Of a stretch of DNA of 64,000 nucleotides, positions 17,542 through 27,041 are shown piece after piece (the stretch's first letter is position 1; each line of letters starts with the position of its first letter). Position numbers and translations under genes: made by a program. The stretch spans positions 167,764 through 231,763 of the forward strand of contig JBMHCD010000008.1 of the NCBI GenBank assembly GCA_049890095.1, read 5' to 3'. Source of the stretch: Flavobacteriales bacterium (lineage in GTDB: Bacteria; Bacteroidota; Bacteroidia; Flavobacteriales; UBA7312). The notes beneath the pieces are model-generated. The model was given only the letters and a program-made list of their open reading frames with translations, was not told the origin of the DNA and searched no databases.

Positions 17542-19553
17542 TGCTGCAAATTTCTACTCAATATTCCTTAGCTTGGCTCATTGTTTGTTTGCTAGTCAGT
17601 TTTGCAATTTCCTATTGGCTTTACCGAAAAACAACTTTTACTAAGCGTGTTTCTTCTGTTTTATTTTTACTAAGGTTTTTAACCATTTTTATACTTTGCT
17701 TTTTATTGCTTAAACCTTTTCTAAATTTTGAAGTTACTCAAGAGGAAAAGCCAATAGTAGTTTTTGCTGTAGACAACTCTGAATCTATGATTAGAGGAAA
17801 GGATAGTTTGTTCTTAAAAAATGAGCTAAGTAAAAAAATAGAACAATTTAGAGATAACAATATTGATCAATTTGATATTCAATCCTATACTTTTGGTAGT
17901 AATTCTAAAAAAAGTGATCAATTTGATTTTAGAAATAAAAGAACGGATATATCTCAATTAATTTCTGAAATTAACGATCGATATAGTAATAGAAACTTAA
18001 GTGCCTTTATATTGGTTAGTGACGGGCTTTACAATCAAGGCCTTAATCCAAACTATCAACCATTTTTATCAAAGGCTCCATTTTACACAGTTGGTGTAGG
18101 AGATACTGTTAAAGAAAAAGATGTTAGTATCAATTATCTTTTTCATAATGATTTAGCTTTTAAAGGAAATACGTTTCCTTTAAATGTTAATGTAAAATCA
18201 TCTTTTTATAAAGGAAGAAAAACAAAGGTTAACATATTAAATAAAGATAAGTTAATTGATAGTAAAGAGATTTTGATAAATTCAGATGAACAACTTCAGA
18301 CGATTTCTTTTTTAATAAAAGCAGATGAGGTTGGTTTGCAAGAATATAAGGTAATTATTGAGTCATTTTCAGATGAAAAAAACACATTGAACAATCAAAC
18401 AAAAGCGTATATCGATGTATTGGAAAGCAAACAAAAGATATTGTTGCTTACAGAAATTACTCATCCAGATATTTCCGCAATTTCTAAAGCTTTGTCCAAT
18501 AATCAAAACATAGATTTAAGCATTAAAAATAAATCTGATTTTGATGGTGATTTTTCGGCATATAATTTACTTATTGCTTATCAAACAAATTTGGAAAATA
18601 TCGAAATACCAACTTGGCATTTTGTTGGTCAAAATTCAAATTCATCATCTATACCGTGGTTAAACTATCGAACTAATCAGAATATTGAAGAGGTTTCTCC
18701 TAGTTTAGAGTCTTTTTCTTTATTCGAGTTGAATTCAGATTGGAAAACTTGGGTGAAAAAGTTGCCACCTTTGTACATTTCTCAAGCAGATTATGTTACC
18801 CAAAGTCAAACGTTACTTTCTCAAACTATTAAAGGAATAGAATTTGATGAACCAATTTTATCATTTAACAATTTAAATGGTATGCGACAAGCAGTATTTA
18901 TAGGTGAGGGATTATGGAGATGGAGAATTAACGAGTTTAAATTTAGAAAAAACCACAATTTATTCGATGAACTAATCAATAAAAGTGTTCAGTATTTAGT
19001 TTTAAGTGACGACAAGAGACTTTTTAGATTAAAAGCGAAGAAGAAGATTTTTGAGAATGAGCCATTTGATGTAAGTCTTGATTTTTATAATTCAAATTAT
19101 GAGTTAATTACTGATGTAGAAGTTTCATTTAAGCTTATTGATGATCAGAAAAATGAGTTTGATTATAATTTTGATATCACAAATTCTTCTTATGAACTAC
19201 AGATTGATCAATTACCAATAGGAGATTATGAATATATTGCTAGTGCAATTCGTAATAATGAGCAGTTTAACGCTAAAGGAAAATTAAAAGTAACTCCTCT
19301 ACAACTAGAGCAGTTTGATGAACAACACAAACACGAGGTGCTTGTAGAATTATCGCAAAATAATAACGGTACTTTTTTCTATCTAAATGAAATAAATAGT
19401 GTTTTTGATCAATTAAACACTATGGATAAAAAGTCTGTTTTGTATACCAAAACAAACTTAAATGAATTAATAAATTCAAAATGGATTTCAATATTTTTAT
19501 TTGTATTTTTATCCCTAGAATGGATAATTCGAAAATTTAATAATAATATTTAA
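17541..19553 (+). CDS. membrane-anchored vWA-like protein (N-terminal double TM, MIDAS motif, C-terminal TM)
   Basis: ATG overlaps the fabG stop (TAATG). Two N-terminal TM helices are followed by VFAVDNSESM (DxSxS), TDIS and LVSDG. A C-terminal helix is present: WISIFLFVFLSLEWII. Confidence 0.6.
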   Translation: MLQISTQYSLAWLIVCLLVSFAISYWLYRKTTFTKRVSSVLFLLRFLTIFILCFLLLKPFLNFEVTQEEKPIVVFAVDNSESMIRGKDSLFLKNELSKKIEQFRDNNIDQFDIQSYTFGSNSKKSDQFDFRNKRTDISQLISEINDRYSNRNLSAFILVSDGLYNQGLNPNYQPFLSKAPFYTVGVGDTVKEKDVSINYLFHNDLAFKGNTFPLNVNVKSSFYKGRKTKVNILNKDKLIDSKEILINSDEQLQTISFLIKADEVGLQEYKVIIESFSDEKNTLNNQTKAYIDVLESKQKILLLTEITHPDISAISKALSNNQNIDLSIKNKSDFDGDFSAYNLLIAYQTNLENIEIPTWHFVGQNSNSSSIPWLNYRTNQNIEEVSPSLESFSLFELNSDWKTWVKKLPPLYISQADYVTQSQTLLSQTIKGIEFDEPILSFNNLNGMRQAVFIGEGLWRWRINEFKFRKNHNLFDELINKSVQYLVLSDDKRLFRLKAKKKIFENEPFDVSLDFYNSNYELITDVEVSFKLIDDQKNEFDYNFDITNSSYELQIDQLPIGDYEYIASAIRNNEQFNAKGKLKVTPLQLEQFDEQHKHEVLVELSQNNNGTFFYLNEINSVFDQLNTMDKKSVLYTKTNLNELINSKWISIFLFVFLSLEWIIRKFNNNI

Positions 19554-19567
19554 TATATATAATAATT

Positions 19568-20410
19568 ATGTTTGAATCAAATGAAGAAGGAGGCTTTAAT
19601 TTTAAGTTGCCCAGAATATTAGTAATAGGTTTTTTTGCTTTTATTTTTCTTTTAATTAGTGGAGGAAAAATGTTTTACACTGTTGGTCCAGGTGAAAAGG
19701 CAATTTTATTTAAGCGATTTGGAGATGGACTTGTTAAAGATAAAGTATATGGTCAGGGATTTCATGTTATCGCACCTTGGAATAATTTTTATACTTACAA
19801 TGTAAAAATTCAAGAAGATTATGAAGCGATGGAAGTGCTATCCAAAAATGGTCTTTCTATTAAAGTTGATTTATCGTTTCGTTTTAGTCCAGAGTTAACT
19901 CAAGTAGGTTATCTACATGATTTAGTTGGTAAAGATTATTTAGAAAGTATAATACGACCAGAGATTAGATCAGTAACAAGGGAAGTTATTGGTGAATATT
20001 TGCCTGAGGAATTATATTCTACAAAGAGAGAAGAGGTAGAGGATAAGATTTTTCAAATCACTTCTGAGTCTGTAAAGGATAAATTTATTGTTTTGGATGC
20101 TATTTTGATAAGAGATGTAACACTTCCTAAAACCTTACAGGCTGCTATCGAAACTAAATTAAAATACGAGCAGGAAGCTTTAGAGTATGAGTTTAAAATT
20201 TTGAAAGAAGAGAAAGAAGCTGAGAGAAAAAGAATCGAGGCTGAAGGTATTTCGGATTTCCAAAGAATTATTAATAAAACAATTACTCCTGAACTTTTAC
20301 GTTGGAAAGGAGTAGAAACGACTCAAGAATTGGCAAACTCTCCAAATAGCAAAGTTATATTAATAGGTAATGGAGAAGACGATTTACCAGTTATTTTGGG
20401 TGGTAACTAA
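19568..20410 (+). CDS. SPFH/Band-7 (prohibitin/HflC-like) membrane protein
   Basis: 280 aa. N-terminal TM, then an SPFH core (GFHVIAPW...VDLSFRF...EIRSVTREVIG) and a coiled-coil EA-rich tail. Confidence 0.85.
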   Translation: MFESNEEGGFNFKLPRILVIGFFAFIFLLISGGKMFYTVGPGEKAILFKRFGDGLVKDKVYGQGFHVIAPWNNFYTYNVKIQEDYEAMEVLSKNGLSIKVDLSFRFSPELTQVGYLHDLVGKDYLESIIRPEIRSVTREVIGEYLPEELYSTKREEVEDKIFQITSESVKDKFIVLDAILIRDVTLPKTLQAAIETKLKYEQEALEYEFKILKEEKEAERKRIEAEGISDFQRIINKTITPELLRWKGVETTQELANSPNSKVILIGNGEDDLPVILGGN

Positions 20411-20434
20411 TATGTAACCTTAACAAATTCAATT

Positions 20435-20797
20435 ATGAAAAAAATAGTTTTAATCTTAATGTTGTCGTATCCAATTTTTACGATGGCACAATCTGCTAAA
20501 AATACTCAAGATAGAGCATCAAAAGTAGTTTATAGTTATATGATAATGACCTACAATGAAAAAGCAGAGGTTATAAAATCTCCAAAAAAGAAAAGAGAAG
20601 GAGTTAGAACAGAAGAACCTAAAAAAACGAACTATACATTTAAAGCAAGAGATCCTAAGTTGGTTAATCAAATGTCTAAGATGTCTGCTTCCTTTAGTGG
20701 CGAATTAGGTGCATTAAATTTTTTAGGTAAAATGGGATGGGAGCTAGTTGGAATAAAAGGAAATGATTATTATTTCAAGTCCAATAGGTTAAGATAA
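20435..20797 (+). CDS. small secreted hypothetical protein with a DUF4177-like GWELV C-terminus
   Basis: 120 aa. Signal peptide ending TMAQS. The C-terminal segment LNFLGKMGWELVGIKGNDYYFK resembles the DUF4177 motif; this is from memory, not a search. Confidence 0.5.
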   Translation: MKKIVLILMLSYPIFTMAQSAKNTQDRASKVVYSYMIMTYNEKAEVIKSPKKKREGVRTEEPKKTNYTFKARDPKLVNQMSKMSASFSGELGALNFLGKMGWELVGIKGNDYYFKSNRLR

Positions 20798-20806
20798 AAT
20801 AATTTT

Positions 20807-20830
20807 AAAGCTCCTTTTGGAGCTTTTTTT
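20807..20830 (+). terminator. rho-independent terminator-like hairpin abutting the next start codon
   Basis: Stem AAAGCTCC / GGAGCTTT with loop TTTT. The T-run ends at 20830 and the ATG follows at 20831. Confidence 0.6.
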
Positions 20831-21235
20831 ATGAAAAGATATTCAGAAAAAATACTTGTTGCATGGGCAGAATGTATTAGCGGCAATGAAGAGATTCGGG
20901 ATTGGCTAATGAAAAACGGATATCCAGAATTAGGACTATTTCGTTTTGCTTTATTTTTTGATAAAAAATCATGTGATTGGTTATTTAAAAATGCCCCTCA
21001 TCTTTTGGCAACTATAAACGCTATTGAAGGAAAGAAACCTGCGATTTCATGGTTAGAGCGAAATAATTATAAATTATTGCTTCGAATTGCAAAAGCTGCC
21101 GATAATGACAAAGAAGAAATGAAGTGGTTGTTGAAAAATGATCCTTTATTTGCTGCCATTGCATCTAGAATAAAAACAGTTAAAAACGAGATTGAAGAAG
21201 CTAATAACGATGTTCATCGATGGGGATATCAGTAA
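20831..21235 (+). CDS. hypothetical protein made of four ~25-aa WLxKN repeats
   Basis: 134 aa with Trp at residues 25, 50, 74 and 99, each in a D/S/K-W-L-x-K/R-N context (DWLMKNG, DWLFKNA, SWLERNN, KWLLKND). Confidence 0.55.
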   Translation: MKRYSEKILVAWAECISGNEEIRDWLMKNGYPELGLFRFALFFDKKSCDWLFKNAPHLLATINAIEGKKPAISWLERNNYKLLLRIAKAADNDKEEMKWLLKNDPLFAAIASRIKTVKNEIEEANNDVHRWGYQ

Positions 21236-21236
21236 C

Positions 21237-23219
21237 CTATTTTTTTAAAAGCTTTAGTTCATTAAGTTTATCTCTTAATTTTATTGCCTCGTCAAAATCT
21301 AAGTCTTGAGCAGCTTTTTCCATTTGCTTTTGAACATTTCTAATGGCTTTATTTAGTGTTTTTTTGTCGCTGTAATCTGTTTCGTCGACAGAAGTATTGT
21401 TCGTGTTAATTGAATAAGGATTTAACTTCTGAGCAATCTGATTGCTTTTTTTCTTGTTTAATGGAGTAGGGGTTAAATTATTTTTAGTGTTATATTCAAT
21501 TTGTAGTTCTCTTCTTCTGTTAGTTTCGTCAATCGTTAATTTCATGCTGTTTGTAATCTTATCAGCATACATAATTACCCTTCCGTTTACGTTTCTGGCT
21601 GCTCGCCCAGCAGTTTGAGTTAATGATCTTTCTGATCGTAAAAAACCTTCTTTATCTGCATCTAAAACAGCAACTAAACTAACTTCTGGCAAATCTAAAC
21701 CCTCTCTTAAAAGATTAACCCCTATTAAAACATCAAAATGACCTTCTCTAAGTTCGTGTAAAATTTCTACCCTTTCTAATGTATCAACATCTGAATGAAT
21801 GTATCTACATTTTATTTTAAAACCATCCAAATATTTGCTTAGCTCTTCAGCCATTCTTTTGGTTAGAGTAGTAACTAAAATACGTTCGTCAATAATAATT
21901 CGCTTTCTAATTTCTTCTAATAAATCATCAATTTGATTAACTGATGGTTTGACTTCAATTATTGGATCTAATAAACCAGTAGGACGAATGATTTGTTCCG
22001 TATATACTCCTTCAGATTGTTGTAGTTCGTAATCAGCAGGTGTGGCACTAACGTAAATTGTTTGTTGACTTAATGATTCAAATTCCTCAAACTTTAATGG
22101 TCTATTATCCATTGCAGCTGGTAACCTAAAGCCATATTCAACTAAATTTTCTTTTCTTGAACGGTCTCCTCCGTACATAGCTCGTATTTGAGGTAATGTA
22201 ACATGGCTTTCATCAATAACGGTTATAAAATCTTTTGGAAAATAATCTAATAGACAAAATGGACGACTTCCTTTTTTTCTACCATCGAAATATCTAGAGT
22301 AATTTTCTATACCCGAGCAATATCCTAATTCTCGAATCATCTCAAGATCGTAGTTTACTCGTTCGTCTAAACGTTTTGCTTCTAGCTTTCTATCGGTATT
22401 TCTCAAAAATTGTACTTGATCCATTAAATCGTCCTGAATTTCATGAATAGCACTTTGAATTCTATCCTTTGAGGCTACAAAAATCGTTGCTGGATAAATT
22501 TTTAGAAAATCTAGTTTTTCAATTTTTTTACCATCTGATGGCTCAATACTTTCTATTTCTTCAATTTCATCTCCCCAAAAATGAATTCTATATGCAATAT
22601 CTGCATATGCTGGAAAAATATCAATGGTATCCCCTCTGACTTTAAAATTACCTCTTTCAAATTGGTTTTCAGTTCTTGAATAAAGTGATGTAACAAATTG
22701 ATTTAATAACTTATTTCTGCTTAATTGTTGACCAACACTAATTTCAATTACGTTATTATTAAATTCGTTTGGGTTTCCAATTCCATAGATACAAGAAACG
22801 GAAGAAACAACAATGATATCTTTTCTTCCCGATAACAGAGTGGAAGTAGTACTTAATCTAAGTTTTTCTATTTCTTGGTTTATTGATAAATCTTTTTCTA
22901 TGTAAATTCCAGAACTTGGTATATATGCTTCAGGCTGATAATAGTCGTAGTATGAAACGAAATATTCTACTGCATTATGCGGAAAAAACTGTTTGAACTC
23001 GCTGTAAAGTTGTGCCGCAAGAGTTTTGTTGTGGCTAAGAACAAGAGTAGGTCTGTTTACCTCCTTTATTACATTTGCAATAGTAAATGTTTTACCAGAA
23101 CCGGTTACACCCAATAAGGTTTGAGACTCTATTTGATTATCAAGCCCTTCAACTAGTTCTTTAATAGCTTTTGGTTGATCACCCGTTGGAGAAAAATCTG
23201 AAACAATTTTAAACTCCAT
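21237..23219 (-). CDS. uvrB: excinuclease ABC subunit B
   Basis: 660 aa. GVTGSGKT, a DESH box (VIDESHV), helicase motif VI QTAGRAARN, and a C-terminal UVR domain. Confidence 0.97.
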   Translation of the reverse strand: MEFKIVSDFSPTGDQPKAIKELVEGLDNQIESQTLLGVTGSGKTFTIANVIKEVNRPTLVLSHNKTLAAQLYSEFKQFFPHNAVEYFVSYYDYYQPEAYIPSSGIYIEKDLSINQEIEKLRLSTTSTLLSGRKDIIVVSSVSCIYGIGNPNEFNNNVIEISVGQQLSRNKLLNQFVTSLYSRTENQFERGNFKVRGDTIDIFPAYADIAYRIHFWGDEIEEIESIEPSDGKKIEKLDFLKIYPATIFVASKDRIQSAIHEIQDDLMDQVQFLRNTDRKLEAKRLDERVNYDLEMIRELGYCSGIENYSRYFDGRKKGSRPFCLLDYFPKDFITVIDESHVTLPQIRAMYGGDRSRKENLVEYGFRLPAAMDNRPLKFEEFESLSQQTIYVSATPADYELQQSEGVYTEQIIRPTGLLDPIIEVKPSVNQIDDLLEEIRKRIIIDERILVTTLTKRMAEELSKYLDGFKIKCRYIHSDVDTLERVEILHELREGHFDVLIGVNLLREGLDLPEVSLVAVLDADKEGFLRSERSLTQTAGRAARNVNGRVIMYADKITNSMKLTIDETNRRRELQIEYNTKNNLTPTPLNKKKSNQIAQKLNPYSINTNNTSVDETDYSDKKTLNKAIRNVQKQMEKAAQDLDFDEAIKLRDKLNELKLLKK

Positions 23220-24986
23220 TTATATTGAATTCAGAAGATTTAATTTTTTTTCGAATTCTTTAATTTGACTTAATCTAGTATCAATTTTTGACTGGACTTG
23301 TTTTTTAAAGGATTCAGCTTCTTCTGAATTGTTAAAAAAACTGATGTTAGTTTGGTACTGATTAAGTTCTTTTTTCAATTCACTAATTTTATTTAGTAGA
23401 ACTTTTTTCTCTTTCAAAACTAAATTTTCATCTTTTTTAGTTTTTAAGATTTCTAATTTTTTATTGAACTTAATATTTTCAATTTGTGAGGGCTCAATTT
23501 TTAATTTTTTGTAAAAGCCAGAAATTGTTTTTTCAAATTGAGATTCTATTTTTTCGTTCTTTTTATCAATGCTTCCTATATTATTCCAAGAAATAGTCCA
23601 ATCGTCAATTTGTTTTAAACAGTTTTCTTTATTTTCAAATGAATTAAATTTTTTAATTTTTTCTAGTAAATCTCTTTTTTTAGTTAGATTTTCCTTCTTC
23701 TCTTGGTCTAGGCTATTGAAAAAATCTTTTTTAGCCGTAAAAAATGTGTCACAAGCGGTACGAAATCTTTGCCATAATTGATCCGATTGTTTATTTGGCA
23801 CAAATGCAGTCTCTTTCCATTTTTTTTGAAGATCAATTATTTTAATAGTTGTTGTTTTCCATTCTTTAGATTTTGACAATTTTTCAACTTGCTCGCATAA
23901 AGAAACTTTTTCGGCTATTGCATCTTTAACCTCTTCTTTTTTACTTTTATAAAAATGGTTTTTTTGTTTTTGGAATTCATTGATTACAGATCTGAAATTT
24001 TTCCATGCAACTTGGTTGTCTTTCCTATCTAGATTACCAATTTTTTTCCATTGTATTTGAAGTTCGTTTACTTTTTCACTTAAATTTTTCCACTGGTTAT
24101 GATTTTTTGCTTCTTCGTTACATAAATTTTTAATTTTTTCACAAATTTCATTTTTTAGGTTAATCTTTTCCAGATTTTTTTGCTTTAGATTAACAAAAAA
24201 TTCATTTCGTTTTTTATTTAGTAAATGAGAGGCGTCTTTAAATCGATTCCAGATTGTTTCTCTTTTGTTTTTTTCAACAGGCCCAACCTCTTTCCATTTT
24301 TCGTGTAAAGATTGTAATTCTGTATGAGCTTTATTTATAGATTTTTCATTTAATAAATTCTCAGCTTTCTGACATAGTTCCTTTTTCTTATCAAGATTTT
24401 TTTTGAAATCTAAATCTCTAAGGTCTTTATTTATACTTATATAATCATAAAATTTTTCTACATGATGATGATAAGATTGCCAAAGTTCATTATTTATATT
24501 TATAGGAGCTGGACCTGTAGAACGCCACTGTTCTTGTAATGAATTAAATTGATTAAATGTTTCTTTTATAGTTTCGGTTGTATTGATCAGATTTTCAATA
24601 CTTTTTATAATTTCTAATTTAACTTTATGATTAGATTTTTTTTCTTTTTCTAACGATTCTCTTTCTTTATTTTTTAGTTTCTTAAAAGCGGAGTATTTCT
24701 TTTTGAAAATATCTTCAAAGTTATTTTTAAATTCAAAATCCTCTTCTTTTCCTCCATTTTCTAGAAAATCATTAAGAACATTATTTTTTTCGTTACGAAT
24801 TTTGGTGTAAAATGTAGCTTTGATATTTTCAACTTGTTTGGAATTAGTCAAGGCTTTTCCGTTTTCGGTCAATTCTTCGGTTAAAGAAATTAATTGTTCA
24901 TACGAATTATCATGAAGATTGATTTGTTCATTTTCAATGATGTTGTCGCTAGAAATTATTTTTTCGTTAAGTGAATCTTCACTCAT
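23220..24986 (-). CDS. DUF349 domain-containing protein (repetitive, Lys/Glu-rich coiled coil)
   Basis: 588 aa with a recurring W(K/R)xxGxxxxxxxxxLWxRF unit (e.g. EQWRSTGP...LWQSY, EKWKEVGP...IWNRF, IQWKKIGN...AWKNF, KKWKETAF...LWQRF). Confidence 0.75.
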   Translation of the reverse strand: MSEDSLNEKIISSDNIIENEQINLHDNSYEQLISLTEELTENGKALTNSKQVENIKATFYTKIRNEKNNVLNDFLENGGKEEDFEFKNNFEDIFKKKYSAFKKLKNKERESLEKEKKSNHKVKLEIIKSIENLINTTETIKETFNQFNSLQEQWRSTGPAPININNELWQSYHHHVEKFYDYISINKDLRDLDFKKNLDKKKELCQKAENLLNEKSINKAHTELQSLHEKWKEVGPVEKNKRETIWNRFKDASHLLNKKRNEFFVNLKQKNLEKINLKNEICEKIKNLCNEEAKNHNQWKNLSEKVNELQIQWKKIGNLDRKDNQVAWKNFRSVINEFQKQKNHFYKSKKEEVKDAIAEKVSLCEQVEKLSKSKEWKTTTIKIIDLQKKWKETAFVPNKQSDQLWQRFRTACDTFFTAKKDFFNSLDQEKKENLTKKRDLLEKIKKFNSFENKENCLKQIDDWTISWNNIGSIDKKNEKIESQFEKTISGFYKKLKIEPSQIENIKFNKKLEILKTKKDENLVLKEKKVLLNKISELKKELNQYQTNISFFNNSEEAESFKKQVQSKIDTRLSQIKEFEKKLNLLNSI

Positions 24987-25011
24987 ATTTATCCGTGTTT
25001 TTTTACAATTA

Positions 25012-25019
25012 CAAATGTA
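25012..25019 (-). promoter_or_regulatory. -7 box TACATTTG for the DUF349-uvrB transcription unit
   Basis: Plus-strand CAAATGTA, 25 nt upstream of the ATG at 24986. Confidence 0.45.
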
Positions 25020-25044
25020 AGAAATTAACTATAAATGGGTTAGC

Positions 25045-25764
25045 TTAACTATTCCATATTTCCCAAGATTTTAATGCTTGTATTTTAAGCATTTCAAAGC
25101 CGTTTTTTGTAGTTGCTTTTTTTTGTTTTCCTTTTTTAAGAAAAAGTGACTCTTTGGGGTTATAAACCAAATCATACAAAAGGTGTTGTTCGGTTAAATA
25201 TTTGTATGGAATATTTGGACACTCATCTACAATTGGACTCGTTCCTAAGGGAGTGCAGTTTATTATAACTTTGTAGTCGTTAAGCATATCTTTGTCCAAA
25301 CATTCATAGTTTAGTTCTTTTTTTCTAGAAACAATAGAATAATCTACTCCCATTTTGGTAAAGGCAAAAGCTATTGCTTTGGACGCACCTCCACTTCCTA
25401 ATATTAATGCTTTTTTATGTACAGGTTTTAATAATGGTTTAATTGAATCACTAAATCCAATATAATCTGTATTGTGTCCTATAATTTTTTGATTTGCTAT
25501 TTTCAAACAATTAACGGCATTGATTGCTTTAGCCTCTATTGATAGTTCATCAACAAATTGTATAATTTCTTGTTTGTATGGAATGGTAATGTTTAATCCT
25601 TCAATTTTGTTTTTTACTATAAAGTTTTTAAAAGAATCCAGATTTTCTAATTCAAACAAATTGTACGAACAATTATTAATATTTTCTAATTCAAATTTTT
25701 GATCAAAAAAGTCCTTAGAAAAAGAATAATTTAAATTTTTTCCAATAAGTCCAAACTGCCTCAT
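25045..25764 (-). CDS. aroE: shikimate dehydrogenase
   Basis: 239 aa. GLNITIPYK, NTDYIGF, and NADP-binding GSGGASKA. Its start overlaps the upstream gene's stop by 4 nt. Confidence 0.85.
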   Translation of the reverse strand: MRQFGLIGKNLNYSFSKDFFDQKFELENINNCSYNLFELENLDSFKNFIVKNKIEGLNITIPYKQEIIQFVDELSIEAKAINAVNCLKIANQKIIGHNTDYIGFSDSIKPLLKPVHKKALILGSGGASKAIAFAFTKMGVDYSIVSRKKELNYECLDKDMLNDYKVIINCTPLGTSPIVDECPNIPYKYLTEQHLLYDLVYNPKESLFLKKGKQKKATTKNGFEMLKIQALKSWEIWNS

Positions 25765-26747
25765 CTAGCCATTTTTTTTGCTAATTGTTCAATTGCTATG
25801 ATAGTGAGCATTCCAATAATTAGGGAAAAAATTACCAAAAGTTCACCATTTCCAATAGTTTCAGGTATATATCTTTCATAACCAGTTATTACAGGTTGAC
25901 CATCTCGATCGAAAATAGTATTATCAAATATTTCTTTTTTCCATGGCCAAATAGTACTTAACGAACCTAATACAAATCCAGTCAATATTGAAATAGTAAT
26001 ATTGAAATATCGTTTAAATATGTAGGATATTAAATTAGAAAAAACAAGTAATCCTACTATTGATCCTACTAAAAAAATAATAAAATATATAAGATTGTTT
26101 TGCATTTCAATATCACTTAGAATGATATTAAAATTGCCAACAAAGCATTGATTTAGAAAATCAAATAAACTACTTATGGATTTTACCATTAATAATTCGT
26201 AATTACCCATTAACATAAGAATATAAGAACCCGACAACCCAGGAAGTACCATTCCACAAATTCCTATCATTCCACAAATGAAAATATAGAGATAGTTTGT
26301 GTTTGCTACCGAGCTACTTTCTATAAAGGAAAGACCCAGGGCAAAAGAGAAACCTAAAAGAAGACTAAGTTTTGCTTTTAGATTCCAATTTTCAACTTTT
26401 ATTCCAACATAGTAAACGGATGCTAATACTAACCCAAAGAAAAATGCCCATGTTGGTTGAGGGTGTTTTTCTAGAAGAAATTCAAAAAGTTTAGCTAAGC
26501 TAAAAATACTGAAAACAATACCTAAGAAAATAGGGGTTAAAAAAGAATAATTAATATGATTAAAAAAATTTTTGAAGTCTTTTTTTAGTAGCATTTTTAA
26601 TGCTGTTTTATCAAATTTTTTGATTGAGTCGATTAATTCTTCAAAGATATTTGTGATTAATGCAATCGTACCCCCTGAAACTCCAGGAATTACGTTAGCA
26701 GCTCCCATTGCAACTCCTTTTAAAAAAACAATAAATTTACTAAGCAT
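25761..26747 (-). CDS. DUF368 family polytopic membrane protein (PopT-type undecaprenyl-phosphate translocase candidate)
   Basis: 328 aa with ~8-10 TM helices. The duplicated signature PGVSGGT / PGLSGSY is typical of DUF368. Confidence 0.8.
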   Translation of the reverse strand: MLSKFIVFLKGVAMGAANVIPGVSGGTIALITNIFEELIDSIKKFDKTALKMLLKKDFKNFFNHINYSFLTPIFLGIVFSIFSLAKLFEFLLEKHPQPTWAFFFGLVLASVYYVGIKVENWNLKAKLSLLLGFSFALGLSFIESSSVANTNYLYIFICGMIGICGMVLPGLSGSYILMLMGNYELLMVKSISSLFDFLNQCFVGNFNIILSDIEMQNNLIYFIIFLVGSIVGLLVFSNLISYIFKRYFNITISILTGFVLGSLSTIWPWKKEIFDNTIFDRDGQPVITGYERYIPETIGNGELLVIFSLIIGMLTIIAIEQLAKKMAR

Positions 26748-26748
26748 T

Positions 26749-27039
26749 TTAAAAATTTTGATCTAACCAATTCTGATAACCACCATCTAAATGATCAATA
26801 TTTTTAAAATCAAACTTTTTGCGAAGCATGTATACCAACGCTTTACTTCGTTTTCCAGAATTACAATAAAAAACAATTTCTTGGTCTTGGTCAAATTGAT
26901 GTATTTTCTCCATCACCTCGGCTAGAGGAATATTTTTTTTGCAGATGTGCCCATCTTCAAATTCATAACTTTCTCTTATATCAATTAGTTGAAATTGATT
27001 ATTTTTTTCAAGTTTGCTTTTTAGGGTAGTAGCTTTCAT
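26749..27039 (-). CDS. single-domain rhodanese-like sulfurtransferase
   Basis: 96 aa with active-site loop FYCNSGKRS (PspE/GlpE-like Cys loop). Confidence 0.85.
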   Translation of the reverse strand: MKATTLKSKLEKNNQFQLIDIRESYEFEDGHICKKNIPLAEVMEKIHQFDQDQEIVFYCNSGKRSKALVYMLRKKFDFKNIDHLDGGYQNWLDQNF

Positions 27040-27041
27040 AA

